DNA from: Raillietiella orientalis
Lineage: Eukaryota
Direction of reading: 5' to 3'
Assembly (NCBI GenBank): GCA_036172245.1
Contig: JAYWIR010000010.1
Location: 3,968,001-4,032,000, forward strand
Length of the DNA: 64,000 nucleotides
The notes under the pieces are model-generated. The model was not told the origin of the DNA. It did no database searches and saw nothing but the letters and a program-made list of their open reading frames with translations. Numbering within the stretch: position 1 is the stretch's first letter; every line of letters begins with the position of its first letter. Below, piece by piece: positions 12,420-24,300 of the stretch. The position numbers and the translations under genes were made by a program.

Positions 12420-13750
12420 CTTTCCACAGAACTCTGGAAAGTTCTTAGGCTTTCCACCCTTCGAGCTGCTGCACAGCCAAGCGGCTGCCTGATGCGTCAC
12501 TTGGCAGGAAGCTGCTTCTGTGAGGGTCAGCCAGTCTCCCGATGGATGGTCACGTTTTGGAGGGAAGGTCTCTCTGCTGTGACTGCTCCTCCGTCTCGAT
12601 CCGGTCATGGATCGGACCGCTTAGGTGGAATCCTCGCCCGCCTGCTTACCCGCGAATCCAAGTAGTTCACTCGAAGAGGACCTCGCGGTCAGCTCTGCTG
12701 CTTCCCAGAGTAGATTGTCCGGCTGACAAGCTGCTCGTCAGCTCGTTGACCTGGTTGTGCTCGGTGGCAGCTGCACCCAAAAATGGAGACAGATGCTGAC
12801 TTCAGCCCACCTGCAGTGAGGTGCACTCCTGCTTCAGTCAGATACTCGCAGTCGAGGGATTCGCGAGTTCGCATTCTTACCCTGCACAACTCGGAGCCTC
12901 TTGGAGCGCGTACACGTTGGTCATCAAAAGTTGGCCGACTCGACCGCCCTCGTCGAACCACACCCACCGAGTCTTGCAGTCCACCTCTGCACACATTCAG
13001 AGCATGACACTCGGAGAATCCCTCGCACGCATCCCGAACCATCCCATATGCAGCCGATCTCCCACCTCAGCGGACCACGGCGAGATGGTAGCGCGCACAC
13101 GAAAGACTTCAAGGACTCCCCTCCCCGGAGAAGCCGCACGCCTGACTTCGATTCCCCGCTCAGACCCTGCAAGGGAGCTGCAGGGGAGGGGTGCAAGAGG
13201 CTGTCCCAGATATCGCCTGCCCCTTCGAAACGCTCCCTGCAGGCCTCGGGAGAGGCGGGGCGCAGGAAAGAAATCGAACGCGCGCAGCTTCTCGGAAGAA
13301 GGAGCTCCCTCCGGTCCCAGAAGAGCATCGTCGCAGCGTCCTCGGGATTGCGGGGCTCAAGGGACGACGCGGCGTTCGGGGTGCCACGCAGACGGGTCCA
13401 CGCCGTCCGAAAGGACGCGGCACGTTCGCCCGTTTGCGCCCTTCGGGGGCCGTCGGCCGGGGATTCTCTGCTCGGGGACCGGACGTGGACGACTGCCTCG
13501 ACCCGTCGATAGAGCGGGTCAGGCGGCAAGCGGCGGGAAAGGTGGTGACCAAGTCCGCCCCACCCCGCGCGAAACTGGGAATTTTCGAGCGGCACGCGCA
13601 GGCGTCTGGATGTTCGCGAGATGCGCAGCGCCTCCGGGCGGATGCGAGCTCGCGCTCGACCTTCGAGGACGGCGGTGCGAAAAGAAGGAACGGCGAGAGG
13701 GTCGGCGTAGGTCGGAGCGCGCCAAGTTGCCTCTGGCGCGCACGCAGCAC
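12420..13750 (-). mobile_element. degenerate L1/Tx1-like 5' part (ORF1 C-terminus + endonuclease)
   Basis: Minus-strand frames give RIPG..NGRTCR (decayed zinc knuckle), LQGLSGESK, WFDEGGRVGQLLMTNVYA (DxxGR...NVYAP-like) and TWIRG. Confidence 0.5.
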
Positions 13751-14449
13751 GCACGCTCCGGGGCAGGCAGGCACTACGTTCCCTTGTCGGGGAAACAGCC
13801 AGATGGGGGAATGAAGCTCACCACCACGCCCTGTAGGCTCGCGCGGCATGGAGCCACTTCCGACATGGAGCCACTTCCGCCGCACTCGGGTTGCGCTCGC
13901 GCGCCCGCACCTGCCCGCTGCCCGCGCGAGCGGCGGCGCCGCATAGCGCCTCGTCGAACGCGCCAACGGTCACCCTGGCGTGCTCTTCATGCCCCGCCTG
14001 GATCCGCCGAAAGGCGCGCGCGACCACCTGGGCGGCCGAGTGAAGCGGGCGGCGCGGCAGGAACGGGAATCGGTGGCCTGAGGCCGTTCGACGCCGGAGG
14101 TCGAGCGGAGACTCCTGCCGTCTGCCGCACTGGGCGCTCCGGTGCGGCAAGAGTCGCGCCGCCGCGGTCGCCCGCCCGTGTGACGACGACGGCCGTGGCT
14201 CCGGTTCGGCGACGCAGGATCGCCGGGTGCGTGCGACCCCGGGCGAGCGACGCGGCGCGCTCGGGGAGCCCGTGAGGTGGGCGGCGCAGGGAAAGCAAAC
14301 AGGAGGAAGTGGTGCGCCAACGTGCAGGGCGTGCACCGCGGGTGGTGCTGGGTGCGCATCGCGACGGGAGAGGGCGGAGGGAGCCTTCGGCAGAATTCTG
14401 AATATTGAACGGAATCCCTGTGTGTGTGCGCGTCAGGGTGTGCACGAAA

Positions 14450-15950
14450 ACTCAACAATCGTGCCGAGCATCTCGGATAGCCTTAACATGGGATGGTTGC
14501 ACCTTCCATATCTCTTTTCGGGTTGAGCAGTTCTATGCTGGCCGCGTGCCTAGCATCTCTCGGACTGGATGACCAGATGGAAGAGGTGATGAAGAATCTG
14601 CAAACATCTCCTGTGTTGAGTTTTCTTGTGTATCGAGATTTTGAACGGAGAATGCTTTGTGGATGTGGTGGTTACTGGCAACTGTTCCGAATGTGCTTTC
14701 CTGAGCTTGTTTTCAACGTAGCCAGAGGTTTTGAGGGAGATGCACATTGCTCCATGCGCCTTCTCCTTTCGTTGCATGCTTCTTTGTGGTTTTTGAGAAA
14801 ATCCCATAGGAGATGGTTCTTTTTACGTTGCAATTTTCTACTCTGCTTTGCAGCTCTGCCTGGGGTTGCAGCCTCGGTCACCGCTCTCCGGCTGTCAGGC
14901 CGTCTGCGGCGTAGGTGGAGCTCTCGGACTGTGGATGCTGATAGGAATCATGGCATGCATTGTGACCGATGTTCCGCGAATTCTTTTTTTTTCTTCTGGT
15001 GACAAGCAAATGTACTGGAGGATGCAGCGGAGTGAATACCAGCAGAAATCAAGATAATCAAGAGAATGGTTGTTGGCGTAAGATGGGATCTCCTCCTCAA
15101 GGATCAAAAAATAGGAGAATATTAGCATGGTGATGGATCTTGCTGAAAGTAGTAGGGATAGGATTGAAAGTTGATGACGATAGATCACGTCAAAAGGTCT
15201 GTGCTCGAGAGGGATTCGTGTGCCGTGTGCTAGTGATGGTGGAGCTGCTAGCTCTTGGAACTAACGGGATTCCAGCTATGTCAAGAGGGAAGGTGCTCGA
15301 TCGATTCCTGTGGGCTAGAGGAAGGGGATATTTCTCAGAGAGAATCTGTGTTCTTGCTCCTTTTGGGTAGAATACCCCGACGAGCATTATGGGAAAGGTT
15401 GGAGGAAGAAGTCAGAATCTGAAGCCTTAAGGTTGTGGGAGGTCTGTTCATGTCTGGTGCATCTGATAGTTTTAGCATCAATGGGGCTAGTCAGCTTCCA
15501 AGACCATTGTGGGCGGTGTAACTGGGAGGAGGATTATGGTTAGTGGCATGGACACTGATGATCTTAGCTAGAAGCGAATCGTTTCTGCCACACTATTCTC
15601 CACTTTGGTCCGTATTCTGCTTTCCTTGTGGTCTCGGTTATTTGGAAAGCAAAGTTGGAGGATCTCATTAGCCAGTATTCCTATTCTGGCCGCAAGGTCA
15701 AGGGGGGTATCGTTTTGGGTCTTTGCAGAGGGAGCAGGATTTCTCTGAGCTTTTTTACATTCCTTTTTGGTGCGTCCTGCATCTTCCACATAAGAAACAC
15801 TTCCTAAAGAGGATGTCCCGGGGCACTTGAACGCTGTGTGGTTTGTTTCTTCAAACTTTGCTCTCCATGACTTGGGGCACGCAGCAGCTTTGCGGCCAAG
15901 GAGGCGCCATTCCATGATGCCATCGGCCTCCGCGCTGGAATGTACCTAGG
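14450..15950 (-). mobile_element. highly decayed A/C-rich LINE (possibly Jockey/I-like)
   Basis: NHTAFKCP resembles the end of an ORF1 zinc knuckle. A basic helical segment (RKLQRKKNHLLWDFLKNHK) resembles a post-endonuclease linker. Strand composition differs from the flanks. Confidence 0.3.
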
Positions 15951-16118
15951 GAACGTTTCTCTCCTATGAGTTCGAATACACCAGCAGCAGTCTCCGAAAA
16001 GAAGGGAAAAAAGCCATAGACAAATATAAATGAAACACAAATTAAAGAAAGAGCTGGTCCAGCATCTTGGAGTTTGAATCAAACGAATGGGTAGTGAAAG
16101 TTCTAGGCATCACGATTG

Positions 16119-16200
16119 GGTTAGGTTAGTTAGGTTAGGTTAGGTGAGGTGAGGTGAGGTTCAGCTGGATGAGGTTAGGGAAGGGTGTGAGGTTAGAGGG
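16119..16200 (+). repeat. degenerate (TTAGG)n/(TGAGG)n tract
   Basis: ggttaggttagttaggttaggttaggtgaggtgaggtgaggt read directly. Confidence 0.85.
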
Positions 16201-17499
16201 ATCATACCAAACATAAGCGTCCTCCTTCAGATCTTTTGCTTTAGGAGCCAGCAGAGTGTTTCACGAGTAATTGAAAGAGCGCTTTTTCTTGGATTTCTTT
16301 TCCTCTCCTTCTTTTCCATGCCGATCAAAATGTTCTGCTTGAGGTCAAACGGAGAGTAGGCGCAAGCGATGCTCCTGAAATTTCCCCAGAGTCCATTTTC
16401 CTCATCTCCTTTGATGTTTTGACAATCAGCTCGAGGGAATCCGAAGACTCAGTGAGGCATCGTGCTGGATCTCAGGAGCTCGAAGGAACTCGAACGTTGT
16501 CGCTCCGTCCGGTTCACTTCCGCTCTGGATTCCCCATTTTTGCTTCCGTCGACTGCCCTCGGAGCAACTCTGGGCCAACATGGATGCAGACGGAGTGACA
16601 ACGGCCGTTTTCTCTCCGTCAATCCTTATCGAACTCGGTACCCTTGAAGCACAAAAGGGCGGCGAACGGTCTAATAGAATTGTCAAAGAAGAAGGGAACT
16701 TCGCACGTTTTAAGCGTCAAGAGCTCGAGAGAGCGCGCTCATGGGTTCCCAGCCTGCAGCGCAAATGCGCACGCGCAAATGGTCTAAATCAAAGTCTGTG
16801 CTTCCTCTCTCGTTCTGTCACGAGCGTCTCTGGTCTGAGGAAGCAGGCGCGGTGTAACCCCGACTTTTGCCAGCGAAGAGCGCATGAGGCCTCGTTTCCA
16901 AGGTAGACTGTCAACCGTCCCACTTCCGATCTTCGCTTTCTGGCTGCCTCTGCCACCTCTCCCGAAGTTGTACAAGTTGAGAAAGACACTCTTGGAAAAG
17001 ATGGGAGACAACTCTTCCCCTTTCCGTTCAAGAGACCTCTCTTGGAGCGAAGACAGCAGAGGCGACCGCAGCATGGGATGACCGACATCTCTGTCCAATG
17101 CTATTCCTGTTGACACTTCCAACTTTGGTGCTCCTGCGTCGGTGGTGATGCTCCCGATGCTATTGCTCCCGCTGACGGCAAAGCAGCTTCTGAGGCTCTC
17201 GTCGCTGGTCTTTCAGATGCTTCTGGCGCCGATGTTGCTCCTGCAGCCGCTGGCAGTTTCGATCCTGATCATGTCGCTGACCCTGTTCCCGCTGACGCGC
17301 GTACGGCAGCCAAGGATGCCGGGACTGATGCCGATGCTTCTACGACTACTGATCCTTCTGAAGTTCGGTCGGATACCAGAAGCCCAGTAGTGAGTTGCAC
17401 CGCCTGTGGGAAGCAGTCGCCCTCCCTGTGGTCTGAAGAGCACTACGACTGTGACGGCAACGAAGACCACGGCGATAATCAGGAGGGGAAGAGGGATGA

Positions 17500-18300
17500 G
17501 ACCGGGGAAGAATCAACCTTTCTTTGAATGAGGAACAAGAGAGAAAAGGTGGGAGCTCTCCGCTCCCCGACTGCCTCAATGAGGGGAAGGGGAACAGAAC
17601 TCTGGCCGTCTGTCAAAGACCCAGTAGTCCTCATTTGTCGTTCGGAGGCTGCGAAGCTCTACAAGCGGCTAGCGAGGACGCCTTTTCTTCGAGACCTCTG
17701 CAGACAGTGCATCTGGAGGCGGAAGTCCTGGTTGCAGAAGAAGCGAGTGCTAAACAAAGAATCCTCTGTTCCTCGCTTTTTGGCCTGCTCCTAGGAGGTG
17801 CCGTGTGCCTCGAGTTTTATCCGCTGCTGGTCATCTGCCGAATCGGAAGGGACACTTAGGGTTTCAAGCTTTGCTTGACGGTGGACTGCCCAAGACTTTT
17901 CCCGACTCCTCTTCAGAGTCGGAGCTGCCGAGATGTCCGGTTCTTTCGTCTCATCGGAGAAAGGAGAGTAGAGATGAAGCCACCAGTACCTTCGAAGGGC
18001 ATTTCTGTCGGGAGAGCGGGCATGCCGGACGGGTCCACGATGAAAAGACGCAACGTTGCTGCTGGTTTCACGAGGATCTAGAAGGCTCCCATCAAGTGCT
18101 TCCAGAGGTTTTCAAGAGGCTGAAAATTTCCGTGGCCTCCTTGCTTGTAGGCTCCCTCAATCCAGATAGACTTTTCGATCTTCCCGATTCTTCACCTTGT
18201 TTCTTTTCGATGTTTCCTGGCCTTGATGGGAGTTCCTCCTACTGGTTTCGGAGGAACGAGCAGGAGGAGCATTCAGCACCTTTGTTTTTTCAGCACTGAT
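17500..18300 (+). mobile_element. degenerate L1-like ORF2 linker fragment
   Basis: ESRDEATSTF (GEKxTxxF-like) and FPGLDGSSSYWF (SPGPDG-like). Confidence 0.35.
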
Positions 18301-18506
18301 GTCTCTCGAACTTCTGACGGGAAGAAAAAGGGAAAAAGACTCAAAAAACCCTTGAGAGGCTTCGAGGTGAGGAGCCTTGGAGCTCAACTCTTAGATGGAG
18401 GAAAGTATACGCCACCTCCAGATTCTCTCCCTTTGCATGGCCAGAGGAAGTTGAAGAACTTGGACTTGAAAACGTTCACCGCCTCCGGTTTCCTGCCAGG
18501 AGAGTT

Positions 18507-18575
18507 GGCAGCCTCGTGGCTGTAGTCTCCGCGAGCGACACCGAGCATCGCGGGTTCGAATCCCCACGTGGAGGA
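18507..18575 (+). repeat. tRNA-derived SINE head or tRNA pseudogene
   Basis: A-box-like TGGCTGTAGT and perfect B box GGTTCGAATCC (18553-18563). Too short and irregular for a cloverleaf. Confidence 0.45.
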
Positions 18576-18650
18576 TCGACGCTAAAGAAATAGGGCGCGT
18601 CGTGGGTTTCGAGTCCTCCCTCCGCAGAACGATGCTGGCTGACTTTGGCT

Positions 18651-20280
18651 GAGGCACTGGTTGACACCCGGTCACGCCGGGGCGTTTATTTATAAAAAAG
18701 AAACGTCTGTGGCAGGACGTTTGAACCTACCACGTTACTTATAAGTACGAGAAGGAACCTGCCGAGAACTGGCACGCAGGCCAGCGGGGTTAGCCTTGGC
18801 AGCACAGGGGAAGGGGAGACAAACAAAAAGAAAAAAACAAACCCCAAAAAAACTTCAGTCAAGATGGATGAACGAAGAGGGGGGGGGGGTCGGGAAGGGA
18901 TCACTGTGTGTTGGAGGGCGCCCGCTGCATCCTTGTAGGGATGCCGGCAAGTTCCGGTTTTATGGTTCCAGATGGAGCCATCTTGACGCTGTCCTCATGT
19001 AGAAGACAGCAAAATGGATGGCATCCCTGTCGTTCTGGCCTGGCGTTGTTCCATGCGGCCACGATCCCGCGTAGGGAGCTCAGTGCTGTTAGGGATGCGA
19101 TCGGCGAGAGGGCGTCGCTCAGCAAGAGGCGCTTTAAAACGTTTCTGGTGTTGCTGCCGGGGGTTCCAAGGGCCATGGCCAAGCGTCTTCAGAGGGGCCG
19201 GAGGGCAACAGTCTACCAGGAGGTGTGGGAATGACACCTGCTCCCGGCACCGTGCACAGTTTGGTTTCACACACACCCGTATCCACAGATGCCGGCGGGC
19301 GCTGCAAGGAGGACCCAATGTAGTATCATCAACGCCGACTCCTGCCATTTTAAAGGAAGGGTGCGGGTGTTCAGGAGCACTGGGGGCCACTGCAGGTCTT
19401 CCTCCGGAATACCCAGTAGCACGCCCCAGCGCAAAAGTCCACGAGGTCGAGCACTCAGGGTGACAGCGTCAGTGACCTGGCCCGTCGTCCACTCCTAGTC
19501 CTCTCCTCCTTCCGGAGATATCTACAGTAACTGGCCTTAGGGCTGCTGTCCAGATGCTCTCCAAGGGAGGGCAGAGCAGTGATGAGGGAGGTTCTGTTTG
19601 CACATGCACTCTTCGCGGGATCTTCCAGGATCTCCTCGAGCGTGCCGTTGTTGCGCGCGTACAGGAAACGTCTCCCCTGTTCCGCGCTTGGCTCCTGGAT
19701 CCTCCCCCACGTGCGAACAATTCCCTGCATCCAGACACTACCGTTCGGGTGCGGCACTTGTGGAAGTAAGAAACCCCCGGATGCCCTCGTTGACTGCCCG
19801 GGATCGTTCCTGGAGTCATCGATCCGGTTTCCTTAGGGGTTCTTTGGGGTTGTGAAAACAAACAATCTCTTTGGACTGTTTGGACTCTTTGGATATCATG
19901 TACCATGGATGTGGTTGATACTAACCTCGGAGAGTTGCCTCTTCAGAATGTGAAGTGCGCTGCTCCGTTCGATGTTTTCTTCAGAGGACGAAACAAGAAG
20001 CAGATCCTGTATGGCGGGTCTCTCTGGAAAAGAAATTTCAGGAGTGGATCCTTTCCGAGTTCCCTTCGGAGAAGAAATGAGGAGTGGCCCCCTTCGGGGG
20101 TCTCTCAGGAGAGAATAAGGGAGAGGAAGTTCCTTCAGGGTTTCCTTCTTGGTTTCCTATCAAGCGTAAGAGGAAAGGACGCCTTCCTTCGCGGCCTTTC
20201 TGGATTCAAAGGATGCCCCCTTCTGGGGAGCTCTAAACTTGAAGAATTACTACATATACCCTCGGGTGCCGTGGAACAGT
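18651..20280 (-). mobile_element. L1/Tx1-like element, RT C-terminus to 3' end
   Basis: RASGGFLLP, LPLKWQESALMILHW, decayed zf-RVT and AAWNNAR, then the conserved 3' UTR and AATAAACGCCCCGGCGTGACCGGG. Confidence 0.8.
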
Positions 20281-20499
20281 GGTGAAGAGCTTCGCGGGTC
20301 CGCCCTAAGGAAGTGAACGGTTCTTCAGCACTCGGAGAACCCCCAAAAAAAGAAAATCCGAAAAAGAAAAGAGAGAAAAAGAGAAAGAACCCCATAGAAT
20401 TGCCATTATCTTACATTCTATCCCCCCTTGCCCCAGTGCTGCCCTCCCTTAAGAAAGAAAAGGACAACGTAATCCCGGCAAGGTGGGAAGTGACATGCT

Positions 20500-21350
20500 G
20501 CGTAGCAGCGAAGAAGAAATTTCTGGGGGACGTGGACAACTCGGGAGGTGACGGACGCTGCGACCCCGAGTGTCCCACCCCACGGACTTGTGCACTGGGG
20601 TGATCTGGTAGGTACCTCTCCGGAGGAGGTGGAGTGGCCCCCAGAGTGCTGGAATAGTGGCGCCCTCCCCTTCAAGTGGCAGGAGTTGGTGTTGCTGGTG
20701 TCGCATGGGGGAATCCCATGCAAAGTGCTCTTTCACACTGGACCCGGGTGAGGTTAGACGCTCAGTGCGACAGTTGAGGAAAAAGCTGACTCTCTCGCAC
20801 CTACTGTTGGAGTGTGCTGCCCTCCGATCCTTTTGGGGATCGGAGGGCAGCACTCGCGACGATCCTAGGTATCCCGGCGGGCGTCCCCAGAGATATTTTC
20901 AGGCGCCTCTTCGCCGCACAACCGCCAGCTGTGTCCCTCGCAGTTCTTTGCTGTGTTCGCGAGATCACGGCTGCCTGGAACGCCAGAAGAGGCCGAAATA
21001 GCAGGGAAGCCATCCACCATTTGCAATCTTCTTGAAGACTGCCTCGAGATAGCTCCATCTGGGCGCAATACGGATGGAACTTGCTGGCATCCTGAGCAGG
21101 ATGCAGAGGACGCCTGGCAACGTACCTTGATCCCTTCCTCGATTTCCCTCTCCCCCTCCTCGTATAAAATATCCCCTCTCCTTTATTTTTTGTGTTGTGT
21201 CTTCCCTTCCCCCACGCTGCCGAAGCGAACCTCGCCGGTCTGCAAGCCGCCCTTCAGCAAGTTCATCGCACGTGGTAGAATCAAGGGTAGAACCACACCA
21301 ATGTACTTTTATTACTTCACGTAAGAAATGCCCCGGAATAACCGGATAAT
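20500..21350 (+). mobile_element. L1/Tx1-like 3' end (zf-RVT + 3' UTR)
   Basis: LPFKWQELVLLVSHGGIPC, LSHLLLECAALRSFW and ITAAWNAR. Clearly paralogous to 18900-19500(-) and shares the 3' UTR motifs. Confidence 0.85.
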
Positions 21351-24300
21351 AATCACCCAGAGGGAATACACTTTGGATCTTGCATTGGCATTGTGTCACT
21401 ATGCAGCTCATCCACCAAAGGCACAGCAGCGTCAGGCTTCCAAAACCCGAATCTTCGCGGATTGGATTGGAAAGAGTAAAAGTATGAAAGAAAATCACCC
21501 CCAGCTTGCTAGTTAATCAATGCAAGACAGCATGGGTCCATCGGGATCGAGAGAAGATCACGTCGGACAGCTTCTCTCTTCGGAGCATCTGCACACCGGC
21601 GGACGCCTCCGACTTGCGGGGAGCGGCGCAAGTCGGAGGTGCTCTTCTTGGACTCTGCACGTGCGCCGCCCACGTGACCTCCTGTGCGGGAAGGTGAGCG
21701 TGCCACGTAGTAAGAAACCCGAAGACACACACTCGACCATCACGCTAGCAATCGAAGCCACCAGAGCTGAAAGACGTGGGGACCCGGCAGTCAAGGGCGC
21801 CGCTATGAAACGGAAGTCGGTGTTGTCTCCAGCCAGCCCATCATGGGGGGCAGATTCGGAAGCTGAAGCCAGGGCTAGAGGGCTTTGGGGAGGAAAAGGG
21901 GTAGCAGGCGTCAATCGTCCATCGCGAGTATCCAGAAGCGCCACGAGAGGAGGCAAAAAAGAGAGTTCCCACCTAGCAGCAATCGCGCCTCGGCATAACC
22001 TCATCGACCACGATGCTGCTGCTGCGCAAGAGAGAAAAAAACGGAAGGAACCTTCGCTTCGCCTTGAGAGGAGCACCGGTAAGAGTCTTTTCCGTGGCTG
22101 GGGTCCGCAGGATACGCTGGGACCCGTGGAATCACCGAGGGAACCGATGGTTTCCGAAGAGGCGCTCTATTTGAGGCGAATGGCGTGCTCGAGAGCTCCG
22201 TATTCGCGGAATGAGGATGGGAGCACCAGGCAGGTGACCCACCATCCCTAACGAGATGAATTGCAGTCTCGTTGAAGGGCTGAAGAGGAAGATACCCTTC
22301 ACATGATACCATTCACTCGCCTCACCTTGCTTCTCACCATGGAAGCAATCAGCAATGGATGCTTCGATTCTGCTACTGACTGGGTAAGATCGTGGAAGAA
22401 GAGAGGATCGAGGAGGAAGAATGCAAAAAAAAAAAAAAGCTCATCCCGTTATCAGAATCCCTGGAAACCTGCTGCGTTCCAGCGTTGCGAGACTCCCTTA
22501 GCCATGCTGAAAATGCACTCACCTCGACATCCGCTGCAGCCTTCATGCGAGCTATTCGAGTGGTTGCCCTCCGTGAGTGCGAATGCGCGCCTCCTCTCTG
22601 ACCGCTGTCGTTTCTCTCCGAGACAAGAGCAGGCGGAACCCACCCTCCTACCCACCCACCTCACCTGGGTGCGGCAGTTCGTCTCCACTGTTTCGGAACA
22701 GCGGTTCAGCGACGGAGCGGAAACCGCCGGGAACGCTCCACGACGCTGATGGCGCCAGCAAGAATAGCCATGAAATTCAAGGTTGGCGCACTTCTGCCTC
22801 TTGGTGCCGCGCGCACGCGAGAGCGGAACGGGAGGAGATTCCGGTTGCTGTCGTCAAGTCGAAACTGGAAGTTCGATGCACCGACTTCGGGAATTTTTTC
22901 CCCTACGAGATCGGTCGTGCGCCCAGCTCAGGAGTACTCAGACTCGTGATCGTCTCATCTCTTGCACCGGGTAGGCACCGTCGTTCTCACCAAACCAGTT
23001 CCTCTGCAGCTGCGTCCTTCCCCAGGCGAACCAACTTACCGCACTCGGATGATTCGCGGGTGATTTATGCTTCAGGTGAGCTGCTGATCTTAGCATGGAA
23101 ACGGCTTTGCAGATCACAGGAGCAGCCTGCGTTCGTAAGGTTCAGAGTGCAGGGTAAGGCCACAGAGAATCTGGAAAAGCAATGTAGAGCCTGGTTCTGG
23201 GAAGACGCAACGAAACAACAGCACAGGTTTCCTGGTTGTCCTTGAAGAGTCGATCTTTTATTTTCTTCTTTTCAAAGTCTACTCATCTTTGTTCTCTTGT
23301 TCCTCTGGATAACGGGCGTGGAATCTCGAGGAGTTTTCAATCGGTTGGCAGAGACTGCAATGAATGGGTTCGTGGATTTTGACACAGCAAGCAGCCTTTC
23401 TCCAGATCGAGCTCGCGATTTGCATGCATCCCTCGTCAAGAACGCACTTCCACGGAGGGGACTGTAGCGTGAAGATATGCAGCTCCATCCAGGGTATCAC
23501 TCGGATCGAAGTCTTTTCCGATTCCAGAGGACTGCAATCTTTTCAAGGTGCTTTCCCGATATCTTGAACCGAATGACTTGCTCGGTCATTGAAAATCTTG
23601 TGTTCTTTTAGCGGAGATCCCTCCATTAACTCGTTCGCTGAGAGCTCACCATCTTCCATCAAGAATAAAATCTGGGAACAAGGGAGGAAGGAGGGGAAGC
23701 AGAAAACATGAGTTTGATTTCTCGCTCTTCCCTTGAAACAAAACAAAGGATACACATGCTCATTTGCATGATCTGCAAGCGAATCATCTCCCAGAGCTCC
23801 CCGTCTTTTCCTTCTAAGCATAATGCTCAATAATGCTTCAGTTTCCCTCGAAAAAAACTCGGCGTTTGCCCATGCGTTTTCACACTTGGCAACTCCTACT
23901 CCTTCCTTAAGCATATATTTGAATAGTACCGTCTTGATAATCATCAGGGATTGCTAGGGATCTTTGGCGTTAATTGCAGTTCAGTTAAGACAAAAGCTTC
24001 AGCGATGATGATGGCGAGCAACGAAAAAAAAATGAGTTACTTTGGAATATTTCCATGGTAATTCCCTCCTGAGTTTCTCCGGGCTTCAAAGTGAGTGGTT
24101 CATTGTGTTCCTTAAGCATCCAGTGGCTTCTCTCCCATTAGTCAGAGACATCAGCTGCTCGGATCTGCAATTCCCAGAGAACAGACTGTTCTTCAGGATG
24201 CTGCATTTCTTGAGCGATGGAATCGACGGGAAATTCCTTTAAATGGTTCCATGATTGCGCTGATCGGTTATACGGGAGTACGGGTCAGAATAAGCGGTGT

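Noticed and set aside
12821..14275. 484-aa plus-strand ORF
   Set aside because: Arg/Ala/Pro-rich product of extreme GC content. The recognisable motifs are on the opposite strand.
18507..18575. Functional tRNA gene
   Set aside because: No complete D arm or anticodon arm; kept only as a SINE/pseudogene.
23660..23800. Viral RdRp-like words (REEREIK..PRFY, LGDDS)
   Set aside because: They are in different frames and in the wrong order, with no other motifs.
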